Notes: a model not told the origin generated them from the letters alone. DNA of 64,000 nucleotides from the human T2T-CHM13v2.0 reference genome, Homo sapiens (GCF_009914755.1 NC_060942.1); one strand, 5' to 3'; shown: positions 1 through 13,368, numbered from the stretch's first letter. Made by a program: numbers and translations.

Positions 1-519
1 ACAGAGACATTATGCAATAAAGGGAAACGGCTGTTGCTATTGTCACTTAAGTCATAGGTGAGAACCTACCAGGAATTGAGACACTTTGAGTCCTTAGGTC
101 TCAGTCCAGCATTGCTCTAGGACTCAAATGCCGGGAGAATAAAAAGACAATAAACAGCATCCTCCCTGAGGATCATCCAGGCTGCCGTGTTCGTGCTTCA
201 TTGTGTTTTGATCTGCCATTGACTGACTTCTCTATTTCTGGTCTCCTATTTTTGCCCAATCTCTGGAGCTGAACTGTGGATTTGAAACCATCTGACTGCT
301 TCTGCCTGCTCCCAACTGTCCCTTCCCTCGGACAGCCATGCCCTCTCTTTTTCCACTTTGGCTGTCTTTGACTGCATTCTACTTATGCCAATGTTCCAAC
401 CTCACTGCTCAGAAAAATAACAAGGTGCCTTTTTAAAATGTAGTTTTACATAATTTTTCAGCTTGGGAAATGCTAAGAAATGGCTCTTTCAAGCAGAGAT
501 TCCAAGGATAAGTCTACAT

Positions 520-533
520 GTGCCCTCTTGTGG
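520..533 (-). promoter_or_regulatory. Candidate CTCF motif
   Basis: Minus strand reads CCACAAGAGGGCAC, a 13/14 match to CCASYAGRKGGCRS, in non-repeat sequence. Motif only, no binding evidence. Confidence 0.35.
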
Positions 534-1329
534 AGGGGCATGATATTCAAATGATTTGGAAATGGAATAAAATCCAAACGGGCTGCCATTTCTCTGCCCT
601 CACACTCCCCTTTTCTCCACCCAGTCAAAACCCTAAAAGAAGAATGCCATAGCCATTACCCAGGACCGCCATGGATCTTGGCTTCAGGAGACAGGGTGAG
701 AGAACACTCCTAAGTGTGGGACCACCAGTGCTTAGTGCTGGAAGGGCAGTAAGACAAGGAGGCCTAGGAGGAATCTGGTCTGTTTGGCTTCAGTGAGAGA
801 GCCAAGTTCAACTTTTCTCTGTGTTTGTGTGCATGCACACGTGCACGCATGCCCATACATGTGTGTTTGTGACATCTACATGGATGGATGCCAGAGGGCA
901 AGGAGGTACTCTGGCCACAGAAACCAGGAATGAGGAAGCATTTTAGGTTTAATCTTGGCTTTCCTTCCCAGCCCAGATGAATTTAGGAATTTGCTCTCTC
1001 AGAAACAATATGAAGCATGCACTGCATTTGGGGGCCTCCAGTGCATTTTCAGGGCTAAAGAAATGAAACGAGAAGATTGAAGAGGGAAACTTTATTTTCT
1101 AATGTCATCCCTTGGCATTTGATTTGGGATTCTGTTAATTGCTGAACAAGGAGAAACATGAAAAAAGTAGACAACAGACCCCGGAGTGCTATTAGTGATG
1201 GGAGTGTGACCTGGGAGAACTGGCTGTCCTATTCCAGGCTGACAAGGAAGATGTATCATATCTGGCTTGTTGTGGAGGAAAAACTAGCCTTTCCTAGCTT
1301 TTACCAACACAATTTCCCGTACCTGAGAA

Positions 1330-2025
1330 GGAGCAGAGCATGCAGATCCAAGTTTGAATACTGGCTTTGCTCCTTACCTGCTATGTGGTCTTGGGCAAGT
1401 TATTTAACTGATGTGAGCCTCAGTTTCCTTGTTGATAAAATGAGGATAGGACTATTCAAAGGCTTTGTGGTAGTATGCTAGCACTGCCATCACAAAGTGC
1501 CGCAAACTGGATGGCTTAAATAACAGAAATTTATTGTCTCACACTTCTGGTGTCCAGAAGTCAGAGATCAAGGTATTGATAGAGTTCATTCCTTCTGAGA
1601 CTGTGAGGAAGATTCTGTTCCATGTCTCTCCTCTTGCTTCTGGTGGTTTGCTGGCAATCTTTGACTTTCGTTGGCATGTCAAGGCATCACTCAGATCTCT
1701 GCCTTCATCCTCACACAGTATTCTCCCTTTGTGTATGTCTCTATATCCAAATTTCCTCTTTTTATTAAGACACAGGTTATGTTGGATTAGGAGCCCACCC
1801 TACTCCATTATAACCTTATCTTAACTCATTACATCTGGGATAAACTTATTTCCAAATAAGATTATACTCTAATATATTAAGAGTTAGGACTTCAACATAT
1901 GAATTTTGGGAAGATACAATCAATTCATAAAAGGCTTGTCAGAAAAAAAAGTGAGATGTATATAAAGCTTAATTACAAATTAAGTGTTCCATAAAGGAAG
2001 CTACTATCACTATTGTTATTGTTTG
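1330..2025 (+). mobile_element. MIR SINE split by the MLT1C insertion
   Basis: MIR core (TTGGGCAAGTTATTTAAC...GAGCCTCAGTTTCC...TAAAATGAGGATA) at 1330-1465 resumes after 1933 (GAGATGTATATAAAGC...AATAAA-like tail). Confidence 0.7.
1466..1932 (-). mobile_element. MLT1C-like ERVL-MaLR solo LTR
   Basis: 467 bp with typical MLT1 motifs (GGCTTAAATAACAGAAATTTATTGTCTCACA; GTTAGGACTTCAACATATGAATTTTGGG). 5-bp TSD GGCTT at 1461-1465 and 1933-1937. Confidence 0.85.
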
Positions 2026-2356
2026 CTAAGCCTTCATTTGCTAAAGATTTATCTTTAACTAAGTCAGGTAGCTAGAAAAAAATTCCCTCCTGTATACATC
2101 AACCATATTGTCTAGGTTGCCCAGGATGTGTGTGTGCATGGGGATTGGCAGGTGCTAGGTTGTTGAAGCTTTTAGACTGTGTCTACACAATGTCAATATG
2201 TGGGCCAGCTGTGCACATATGTATGGTTTTATATGTGCATGTTTTGAAAACTATTTGGGAAAGTCTCCTTGCTCCAAAGTCTAAACCCACTGAAATTTAA
2301 CCATGAGATTTATCCTTGTTTCAAATTAACAGTTTCCCCAGTATATTAGTTGGCAG

Positions 2357-3014
2357 TGTAGGTTCACTGAAGGGGAAGGGGAAGGTGAAGGTTTACGTTC
2401 TGAAGATTCACTGAAAATCACTGACAAGAGGCAAACTAATAGGAGAAGAGGCATATAAATGTGTGTGATCATAGTTTTCCATGACTTGTGAGCTTTCAAA
2501 ATGAAGACCCAAAGATGCAGGGAAAACTGTCTATTTTTATGCTTAGGTTCAGCAAAGTAAGGATAACTATGTAGAAATACAACTGGACAAAAAAAGGCAT
2601 CATCTAATGCTAATGGACTGATTGGGGATGCCCAGTAAGGCCTGTCTGTCTAGATTCTTCTTGGCCTCTTTGAACACACAATCTTTCCGTGGATGTGTGG
2701 CAGAACTGTCTCTGGAATGGGGGTCTTATGACCTACAGTCAAAGAAGATAGGTCAGATAATTTCTTGATGGCCATCTTGATTTACACAGAAAGGCAGTGG
2801 GGGTGGGGGAAGAGTTAGAGTAATCTTTGTAGGTTTTATGGCTGGATTGGGGGAAATGGAGTTCTAGTTTCTATGATCTTCTGTAGGGCAGAGGGGTTCT
2901 AGTTTCTATGGCTAGCCTTGGGAAGAATGAGAGGCAGAGAGAGGAGGGCAGGTCAGAGAAAGACTTTTGCTTCTGAGGGATTTGTTTTGGGGTATGTTTT
3001 TCTGTGACCCTACA
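2357..3014 (-). mobile_element. MER39-like ERV1 solo LTR
   Basis: TG...CA ends. Matches recalled MER39 motifs (CTAGATTCTTCTTGGCCTCT, GGGGTCTTATGACCTACAGTC, twice-repeated GTTCTAGTTTCTATG). Imperfect 4-bp TSD GCAG/TCAG. Confidence 0.8.
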
Positions 3015-4149
3015 TCAGTCACTCAGATCTCATTTTGAATAAGGGTGTAAGGCATTCCCTCTCTTCATTTGAAATAATAATAGTCAGCTGGGTGCAGAGG
3101 CTCTTTGAAAGGGAAGGAGAAAGAAGCCTATCCAGAGTAGTCTTTTCCATAATCCAGGCCTTAGGGAGAGAAAACAGGTGCAATTAGCAGTACAAAATTC
3201 CTGGAAACACACATGGAGAGTGGGTCCCTGGAAAAAGTAAAGAGGACAAGGGAGAAGAAATGGAAGCACAGTAGAGTAACCATTACCAATGCTGCAAATT
3301 TGTTTCTATCATAAAGAAAGTTTGGATCCTCTGTGGAACCGTCAGCAATGTATCTGAAGGCAGACTTTTGTGCGTGTACTGAAGAACCAACTGGAAGCCC
3401 TGTTCTAAGGTTTTCTGAGGTGTTAACAGCAATCCTAGAGATAAGACAAGTTGAGAGCTCTGGCTAGGGAGTCTGGAAGCTGAAGCTCTGCTCCTGCTTT
3501 GTGGCAATCTTGTAGGTTTTCTTATCTGTAAAGTGAGTGGATGCACTACCTTCTCCCTGTGGACCCTGCCAGTTCTGACATACTTTGATATTCTGATCCT
3601 GGCTCAGACCCCACTCCAGCCCCAAAGTCAGTAAGAAAGAAATTCTGCTGAATTCTATCATGAAGGATAATGCTATCCCCAGCATAGGTTTCTTCCTGGC
3701 TGGATCTGAAATAGGTTTTCAGAAGGGGGAAAATAAAGAAGAAAAGATGATCTGTCCGTATTTAAAAAGGAGTGAGTTGCCGTTGGATGGAAACCTGAAC
3801 TGGGCTTGTGCATGCCTGTCTTTGAAGTGTGGAAAGGCACTATCATGTGAGTGAATATGATGAATTAGGCTATTTGATTAAGCAGGATGAAACTGGTGAG
3901 CCAGCTTTCTCTATTTCATTTTATCTAATGGCTGTAATCAGAAATCATGCCATCATCTCTTTAAAAGTGGGAGCCAGTGGCGAGCCGCACAGGTAGGTGT
4001 GCATCGACAGCTCTTTTTAAAGCTACTTCTCTCAGGGAGCCTATGAGAGGTGGAGAAAGTGGAGAGGTCTCTACCAACATCAAAGTCATTAGATCACGTT
4101 GTCAATTCAGCTAATAGCCCATTGGTTCAATTTCCTTTTGTAAACTTGG

Positions 4150-4636
<487 letters not shown>

Positions 4637-4719
4637 TGACACCATTTTTGATAGGACGTAAGAGACATTTGTGATGGAGGATCCAACTGTTTATTCTTTA
4701 GTGATAAAAACAAAGATGC

Positions 4720-4890
4720 CTACATTTGAGTCTGTGGTGGTCTTTTCTTCACTTGCTGTGTAAACTTGGGGAGATTGCCCAATCTCTCTCTGCTTGTTTT
4801 CTCATCTTTAAAACAAGAATAATAAGAATACCAACCTAGCTCATAGGAATGATTGAAAGATTGAATGAGTAATATGTGCAAACATTAATT
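4720..4890 (+). mobile_element. MIR fragment
   Basis: CACTTGCTGTGTAAACTTGGG...TTTTCTCATCTTTAAAA...GATTGAATGAG core. Confidence 0.65.
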
Positions 4891-5194
4891 GAAGTTAGTG
4901 GCCCAACAAGCTACAGATTAGGTTAGATGAGAATAGAGTTGGCCCTATGCAGATATCACAGATGGAGTAGGCAGTTGCCTTTATGGCATGATATCAAGAG
5001 GCAGATGAGGCCCTTCCCTCCCAAATATTATCCCACTAACCTGTAGTGTGCCTAAAATTCCTACTCTTAGAATTCTCTTTGAGCTAAAGAAAATGCCTAG
5101 AGAAGCCACATTAGTGACACGTGGAAAGGAACACTTTCAGGAAAGTGGTTCTTTTGGGAAATAACCACTGATTATTCTACCTTCAGAAGGCAGA

Positions 5195-5410
5195 GCAGTA
5201 AGCAAAGACATTAAAGCCTTGGCTTTGGAGTCACTGGGTTTTAACTTAGGCTATATAATTTTCTCCAAAATCTTAGTGTTCTCCATTATAAAGGATTAAT
5301 GATATTTACCTCTTGCTGTCACCATGGGGATAATATGAGATAATGTAAGTGAAACCCCTGGCACACAGGGTTCACGCTCAGTTAAAGAGTGTGATTATTG
5401 TTAATATAAT
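5195..5410 (+). mobile_element. MIR fragment
   Basis: GGCTTTGGAGTCA...ATGAGATAATGTAAGTGAAACCCCTGGCACA...CTCAGTTAAA. Confidence 0.65.
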
Positions 5411-5442
5411 TGTTCTCTCATTGAATATGTTCAGAAGATCAT

Positions 5443-5811
5443 TGTTATGGATAGAATGTTTGTGCCCTCCTCATTCATATGTTGAAGCCCTAACCCCATA
5501 TATGATGGGTTTTGGATTGGAGCTCTTGTGAGGTGATTAGGTTAAGATGTGGTCATTAGGGTGGAGCCCCTATGATGGGATTAGTGTCCTTATAAGAAGA
5601 GAAAAAGACCAGAGCTCTCTCTTTCCACCACATAAGAACACAGTGAGAAAGTAGCTGTCTGCAAGCCAGGAAGAAAGCCCTCACCAAAGACCCAACAATG
5701 CTGGCACCCTTGTCTTAGACTTCCAGCCACCAGAACTGTGAGAGAAACTGTCTTTTGTTTAAGTCATCCAATTGATGATATTTGTTATAGCTGCCCAAGC
5801 TGACCAATACA
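5443..5811 (+). mobile_element. MLT1A/MLT1A0-like solo LTR
   Basis: 369 bp, TGTTATGG...CTGACCAATACA, with GACTTCCAGCCACCAGAACTGTGAGA. Imperfect TSD ATCAT/AACAT. Confidence 0.85.
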
Positions 5812-6329
5812 AACATGAAAAGCAGATCTATCTATCAATACTATTTGGAGTAGTATCAGCATTATTGAAATAGCTTCAGCTCCCAAAAGGTCCACTTTAA
5901 AGGACACAACTCATCTTCTTGCAGCCCTTTCCCCACCTCGCACAGGTCTGTGCAGTATTGACTGGTCCACACTATAGGTGACTACTGAAATGAATAGGGG
6001 GTTAGGGAAGACCACTGGAAAGAAGTAGTCCCAAAATGGGGCTCAGCAAGATGAATAGGACAGAATAGGAAATGGGAAGAGAGGTCATTCCTGCTTCCTT
6101 GTGACTGTCAGCATTTTCATGAGCCCTCGGCTTCCTATCTCCTTCCCTCTCCCCCTCCCCACCCTGCTTCTCATCCCCACCTCCACTTTGTCCTAAAAGA
6201 AGCAGAGGAAGAGAGACTCATTCTCCTCTGGAAACCTGTTTTTGATTCATTGATTTGGTCTCAGCACTTTCTAGTTTGGGATATTGGGAGGCTGCTTCAT
6301 GTGCTTGTTCTTTGGCCATAGCTCCTGGT

Positions 6330-6350
6330 GGGAGGGATGGGGGGTGGGGG
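6330..6350 (+). other. Putative G-quadruplex motif
   Basis: GGG-A-GGG-AT-GGGGGG-T-GGGGG: four G-runs with 1-2 nt loops. Confidence 0.55.
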
Positions 6351-7789
6351 TAGTCAGTCACCTCCCCTGGGAGCTGCCCAGACTCAAGGAGGGAGTATCA
6401 AGCTAGAAAATGCAAGGGCACACAAATTCTAGCCTTTTGCTGGTTTTAGAAATCATCTTTCTCTTTTGATGACAACCTTACCTGGCTTCTTTGCCCCAAG
6501 CTAGCATCAAGGACACCACTCTGTGTGGAGACAGTGACCTCCGGATAACCAGGTATTCCGCTTTCACTTTTCCAAAGTGAAGATGTGAAGCCAGAGAGGA
6601 GAGGAGAAACAGACACATACAAAACAATTCAGTGCACTACCATGTTTGGGTTGCTGCAGAGAAAGGGGTTAAATGGGTATTTTCTTCTCATATCTTACTG
6701 AGATCACTTTATGACTCCAATCTCAAGGGAAATGAGCAGTTTGCACATTTACTGTTTCCTATCAGTCGACCATCTGTAGGCACCACCTTTCACAAAGAGC
6801 TTATACATTAACTGGTCACTTTATCATTGTAATATATTTGAAAAATCAAAAACCAGCTGCTATAAAGCTATAAACTGAGGATTTTATTACATATTGTTTA
6901 TCATTGCTTTAGTATTTGGAGATTCATAATGCATGGACTTTGAGATCTATCTGTATTGCCAAGGAGGCCGAAGTTTATTTCCCTAATAATATGCAAATGG
7001 AGCCTTTATACCAGATAATGAATAATCACTAGATTAAAGCCTGAATTTTCTTTTAGTGGTACTGGCAGTGCAGCCTTTTGCATGCAGTTAATAATTAATT
7101 TAAAGAATTACCACTTCAGTGAGCCCTGCTTACATTATTTATTAAGTGTAATTAAAGTATTTATTAGTCAAGTAATAAATGAGGGACAACCCTCTGCACC
7201 TTAACAGTGTTGTAAAATAATCACAGACTATGTTTATCTGCAAAACAAGACTGAGTATGGCTCAAGTGTGTTAATAGATTATCCATGATCATTGCTGTGT
7301 TATCAGCATACCTCAGCAATGAGTGTATGACTGGCACACCCACCTGCTTCTATTCTAGGCAAAAAGGGTGCCTTGGCTTTTTATTTTTGTGGATTTGTAT
7401 ATGTTGATTTAGAAGCAAAATAAAGGGGATTTCTTGGTTCAAGCTTACATCCCTTCCCAAAATCTACCATGTTGCTTGCAGCTTAAACAGCTAATCCAAC
7501 ATTGTGACCTTAGAATTTCTGAAAGGCTGCTGAAAGCATTGTCAAGAATTAAGATGCCTATATAATTCATTTCTCAAACCATGACAGTTTGTACAATGAA
7601 AGAAGGTTAATTAATAATATGTAAACTGGGAGAGCTCTAGGTAAACCAGAAATTAGCATGGACTTTTTCCAGAAGTTATCATGGCCTTTAGATGGGTTGT
7701 TTTCAGTAATGAAAACACATGAAATGATTTGAGGAAGAAATGACATGAGAATCAGCTTCTACTAACTGCCACTCCACATGCAGAATTTT

Positions 7790-8120
7790 AGATAAAACCT
7801 AGAGCTCTGCCTTCCCTCAATTTCAAGTCCTGTTGCTCTGCGCAGACTCTTCCCCAAAAAACCTGCCCTTGTCCCTCCATCCAGAAGTGACAGCTCCTCC
7901 CTCTAACTCCCACCTCATTGCTTACTCTTCTCTGGGTGCATATCTCACTGGCTTGCAGCATCTTCATTCATGTATTTATTTTTAACTCCACTCCATGAAG
8001 AGACTGCAAATTCTTTGAGGAAAGAGACAGACTGTATTTGCAGATTTTTAGATCTTCAAACATTTTTACCCTGGTGCCTTGCTAAAAGTAGGTACCCAGT
8101 AAATATTTACTAAATAGATT
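7790..8120 (+). mobile_element. L2 3' region
   Basis: GACTGCAAATTCTTTGAGGAAAGAGAC...GTAGGTACCCAGTAAATATTTACTAAAT, a degenerate L2 3' end. Confidence 0.6.
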
Positions 8121-9973
8121 TATAGTTGGAAAGCACAATCACTTTCCTTTCTGATCAGGAGAGAGAGTAAAATTTCAGTCCAGGATCACTGACCGGAATC
8201 TGTAACAGAGCAGATGGGCATGTGGAGCGGACATAAGCAGAGGAAGGTGCAGCCAGCAGGTGGCCATCCCAAAGGGCATTCAGGTCAGCTGTGAGAATCA
8301 CTCAAGAGTGGGATTTAACTGGCAAATCAATGAGCAAAGCCTCAAAGCCCATTCCAGGCAGGCCAGTGCTTCATCTGCCCTGCAGTATATTGCCTGAGCA
8401 TCTTTTTTCTTTGAGTCCTTTGTCTGGACAGTTCACCATCCTGTGCTCTTCAGACAAACAAGGATAAAGACTATGAAAGAGCATATAGATTGAGACTTTC
8501 CAAAGGTTAGTGGAGGGTGAGGGGCAATTCTGCAAATCCCACTTCTTCACCTATGAGAATCTCACCTATCCCACATTCCACCTCCTCTCTGAAGCCTTCT
8601 CCTGACCCCAACTCTGACCATTTCCAAAACACATTGTTCATACCTCTCATTTGGATCCTTGGCATCCTTGGGTTACTCTGCCTCATACACATAAACTTCC
8701 TGCGCCCGGGGAAAGACGATGGAGTCTCCTTTTCCTACATCTTCCCCCAGTGCTGGACACCCAGTCAGGCCTCAGCAAGTGCAGAAAGGGAAAATCAGAC
8801 CTCACCCAGTTTTCCCTGACCCCTTCTTTCTCCTAACTGCCTGCTTGCTTCACTCACTTCCCAGAATCCCATCTGAAGGGTGTTTCCACTTACCAAATGA
8901 TACCATCATATTAAGAAGAGAAGGAGTTGATGGGGCGTAAAAGTTAAAGGGGCTGAGTGGCATTCAGGAAAACAAACCCCAAGAATCAAACTTAGTTTTA
9001 ATAGCAGCCAGCACTACTAGGCCCAAAACGTGTGGGCTTATAAACTGAATTGTCTTTGGGCCTTTTTAGAGAGCTGTTTCTAGGCGACCAACAGATTGGT
9101 CATAGATCATGTGTGCTCCAGCCTCATGCTGCAGAAGCCTCCTTCTGACCTCTTAATCAAGCTGAGAGCTGGGACACAGAGAAGAGATACACGATCACTT
9201 ACAGAAACACCCAGCTGGCATCGGTCCCATGAACCATCTGCCTGTCTCACTATGGTCAGACTGTCTGCTAATGCCCGCTTCTTCTATGAACCATTTATAT
9301 ATTTCCCCAGCCTTTTTTAAAAAGTGGAAAACAAATAGCATTATTGGATGTGCTCTGCCTGGCTGCAGCTGTGAATCACAAAACTGGAAATCAGTCCAAG
9401 ACAGAGTCAGACAGCACATTCTCTGCTTGGTTGGGGAGAGGTCCAAACTGCTGATCTAGCCTCATTTGATCTTTGATATTTTATTTATCTATAAATTTGA
9501 CATGGCCCTGTTAGGAAACATCTTGCTGGTGTGCATTTTCCCATCCTTTTAGGCTTCTAAAGGGAAGGGGCCTTTGGTTTAGTCTTAACCCAGGGTCAAC
9601 ATTTCTTCTTGGCCTTGTCAGGAGGTAATCACTCTGAAGACAATACAACTTGAGAATTATATACAGCTGGTAGCAGCAGGGATGGGAGAGGGGTTATAGG
9701 GGTTTGACATAATTCCCCTTGGCTCTCCACTGCTTACCAGAGTCAGTAATAGATCACAAATACAGATTAGTGAACAGAACCAGATGAACTTAGGGTGGGA
9801 CCCTTGACCATCATTGTTGTTCCATTCAACTAGAATTAAATGAGTACCACTGCAGGGGATAACATCACGCCCTCTGAATACAGAATGCACAATCCCCATA
9901 TCTGCAAGGTTACACTCTGACAGTCTATTAATTATCTGATCAACAAGTGAATATTAACTGTAGCCTCTGTGCT

Positions 9974-10410
9974 TGTCTTAGTTTGAGTTACCCCAGAAGC
10001 TGACCCTGAAGATAAAGGATTTGAGTGCAAACCATTCAGTCAAGAATTGCAGGTAACACCAGGAGACAAATGGGGAAGGTAGTATGAGGAGAAAAGGCAG
10101 AGAATAAAGGGTCCATCATTTAACCAGCTGCTACTGTGGGCCATTGGAGCCTTAACTCTTGGGGAAGCTCTGGGAAATGGTGCAAAACACATGGCTCAAC
10201 CACTTCAAAGGACGAGGGAGCCACGGTGTTTATACACCAGCTCCCAAGAGCCATTGGTTTGAGGACTGCTCCTGAGGAGTAATAATTCCTTGAAGTTTTG
10301 GCCTGCCATATATAAAAACAGTAAGCTTTCCACAATTGATGCTGAAGAAAAAGAGCCTTCAAGCACAGAGAGGTCAATATTGGCAGCTGTAAGTTAGTTG
10401 AATGGTCCAG
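9974..10410 (-). mobile_element. LTR33-like ERVL LTR
   Basis: TGTCTTAGTTTGAGTTACCCCAGAAGCTGACCCTGA...GGATTTGAGTGCAA and GTTTATACACCAGCTCCCA...CATTGGTTTGAGGACTGCTCC match recalled LTR33 antisense. Confidence 0.65.
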
Positions 10411-11184
10411 TCAACTAACCCTGACCCCTTCAGGGATTTTCAACTGAATGCCCAGTTGAAAATAGGCAGGGCCCTGAAAGAACTTGCTGAAAGCCTGTCC
10501 CTAAGAGAGGGGGTTCTCGGGGAGCAAGAAGTTGAAGATACACTTCCTGCATTCTTAATGCGTTCAATTTGGAAGAATAAAAGTATCAGAAAGCAATTCA
10601 ACAATTAAATGCTAAGTGCCATAGTGAAGACTAAGAAAAATACAAATTCAAAGGAAGGAAAAATAACTATCTGATCCTTGGGAGAGTTCCATGAAAAAGC
10701 TTAGAATTAAATTAGAATTTGAAGAATGGGTAGGATTTGGTTTATTTAAAAGAGGGGAAGAAATTTCATTGTATGAAATTTTCTTATTCCCAAAATTGAA
10801 TATAAAAGCCCAACTTAAAATAAATAAAAAATAATTAAATTGAGGCTAATAAGCTCCCTTTTCTCCTATTCACGTTCACATTACATCTTAGAGACAGTTT
10901 ATGCCTGCAATTGCACTCCAATAAACCATTTTTCTTTAAATTTCTTGGCATCTCAACTCAATAGTCAAAGATATTTACACCAGATGACTCCTAAATTCCT
11001 TTCCTATCTGAGAATTTTAAGAATTATGGTTCAGCAACAAACTATTCAAAAGACCAAGTACATTCTGTTTTGAAAGATCATATTATGGGTTCGGTTAATG
11101 ATTGCTTCCCAATTTATCTGTTTGCCCTTTCTGCAAGTCAAACCTCAGTTAACCAGAACATGGTTAATCAGAACCTTAGTTAAT

Positions 11185-11264
11185 CACAAAATTGACTGAG
11201 ATGACAAAAAGCTCAGTAATCAAGACAAATCATCTTTCAATGCAATATTTTTCAAATCAAAAAT
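11185..11264 (+). repeat. Local copy of 12577-12653 (MER96B fragment)
   Basis: Aligns to 12577-12653 with about 8 substitutions and one 3-bp indel. Confidence 0.8.
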
Positions 11265-12195
11265 ATGGGGGGTACTCAAGAGTGGGGACAGCTGGGGGGA
11301 TATCTGGTCACATGTCCCTTTGACAGAGGACACGATGTGTGTGTAAGAGACACTCTCAAGTTCTGATTTGATCCTGGATGAGAGGCAAGACACTGTAGAA
11401 GTTTAGCCAAAAGCTTGGACTCAGAGATGCCTGCATTTGAATCCCAGGTCTGCCATTTACTAAACAGGACAGTGCCTATAAAATATGAAACCCAGCACTT
11501 GGGGTACTAACAACCCAAAATACAAGGATAATGAAACACAAGTGAATTTTTTTAAAGTGCATTATTGCCAATCATCCAAGAGTGCACATCCCTTTGGTTT
11601 CAGTACTTATTACCACTTGACTTTACATACTATGTCCTTCATCCATTGTTTGTGTGTGAGTGAGATGGAATTTAGTATTTCTTACTGGGTACGTGACATT
11701 TTAGCCAATATCTACATTTTAGGTTCAGGGGAAACAATGCAACAAAGAAGGACTCTAACATTAGGTGAATGCCATAGAAATTAGGCCTTTAAAAAGTCTG
11801 ACATTAATTTTACGTGTTTATTATTTTTCTTGTCATTTACATTTCTCTCTCCAACACCATGGACTAGAAAAACGCCATGCACTCACAAAAATGCTTCTTT
11901 GTGAGTGTGGCTCCTGGGACAGCCACTCTGTGGAGCTGGCAGTAGGTCACAAGTCAAAGCCATGAGGGGCTAAGACTCTAGCAAGACAAGGGTAAGGTCA
12001 CACACATAAAAAATAGCTACACGGCAAAGGCTAAGAGCTATGAAGCTTAGCTGAGGTTGAAAGTGGTGTTTGAGGCATTCTTCAGCAGCACCAGAGATCC
12101 ACAGAGATTAGAACTCAAGTGAAGGGCAATATCTTTCTCCTTTGTAGTGCTCAGGAGTGGCCCACTGCAGCAATTGCTTAGACAGCAGCCTGGCC

Positions 12196-12327
12196 CAGGG
12201 TGACCATATACTTAGTGTTCAACCCCGGACATCTTAGAGAGCAAGATGAGGCACTGTTAATAACTGCCTTGAGACAACTGGTGCAACCAGGAATGTCCCA
12301 GTCAAACCAGGACCTAGATCTCCTCTA
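12196..12327. mobile_element. MER94-like hAT-Blackjack MITE
   Basis: ~132 bp starting AGGGTGACCATATA, with repeated (C)CGGGAC/CCAGGA motifs. Confidence 0.7.
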
Positions 12328-12535
12328 GCCTTGAGGATGTCTTCTGCTTTTTCACTTGGAAATTCAGACCCACCTACTCAGCTTCATTCTGCCTGGGAAG
12401 CCCAGCCCTCAAATTCCAAGGTCCCACTAGCTGTCCCCAAAACTCTCACCATTTTTCTTCCCTAGGGATGAATGGCAGGAGGCTCCCCTCTGCCTTTAGC
12501 TGTGCCCATTGCTCTCCGGCATCCCCTGGCTGAGA

Positions 12536-12925
12536 GCAGGAACTAGGGCAAACCAAGTGAGGCAACTCACTCTGGGCACAAAATTGACAGAGGTGACAAA
12601 AATCTCAGTAATCAGGACAAATCAGCTTTCAGGGCATTTTTAAAATCAAAAATTAATGTCAAAAATTTATGATAAGCAAAGTATCAAAATGTTTAAATAA
12701 AGACAGGATCAGTAGCAGTGCTGTGTTGAGCCAGATTGGAGCCCATAGCAAAAGGAAAAACCAGTAATACAATCCTGTCTTTAACATTTTGGTGTTTCAT
12801 TTATTATAGATTTTTGCATTAACTTTCATTTTTAAATATTGTATTAAAATATTATTTGTAATTCTTGAGTATTTTTGTGATCCTGTGAACTTTGTGCCTA
12901 AGGCTAGTGTCATTCTGCGTAGATA
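12536..12925. mobile_element. MER96B-like hAT-Tip100 palindromic MITE
   Basis: ACTAGGGCAAACCAAGTGAGGCA end; long imperfect inverted arms (AAAGACAGGAT/ATCCTGTCTTT) around CAGTGCTGTGTTGAGCCAGATTGGAGCC. Confidence 0.75.
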
Positions 12926-13007
12926 ACAATAGCTGCCACTCACTGCATCCACATGAGGTAGGGACTCAAACATGCACATCTTGCATTCACAGTGCCTCCC
13001 TTACTGA

Positions 13008-13368
<361 letters not shown>

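Noticed and set aside
826-852. Alternating purine-pyrimidine tract with palindrome GTGTGCATGCACAC (Z-DNA-like)
   Set aside because: A short degenerate (TG/CA) microsatellite, common in mammalian DNA, with no supporting context.
3722-3745. AGGGGGAAAATAAAGAAG as a third copy of the 16.6/24.5 kb repeat
   Set aside because: Similarity is limited to a low-complexity purine run; neither palindromic block is present.
8253-8266. Second CTCF-like motif CCAGCAGGTGGCCA
   Set aside because: The last two consensus positions mismatch; it could equally be a simple E-box. Too weak to call.
12536-12925. Long hairpin as a pre-miRNA or structured ncRNA
   Set aside because: Explained by the intrinsic palindromic structure of the MER96B MITE.
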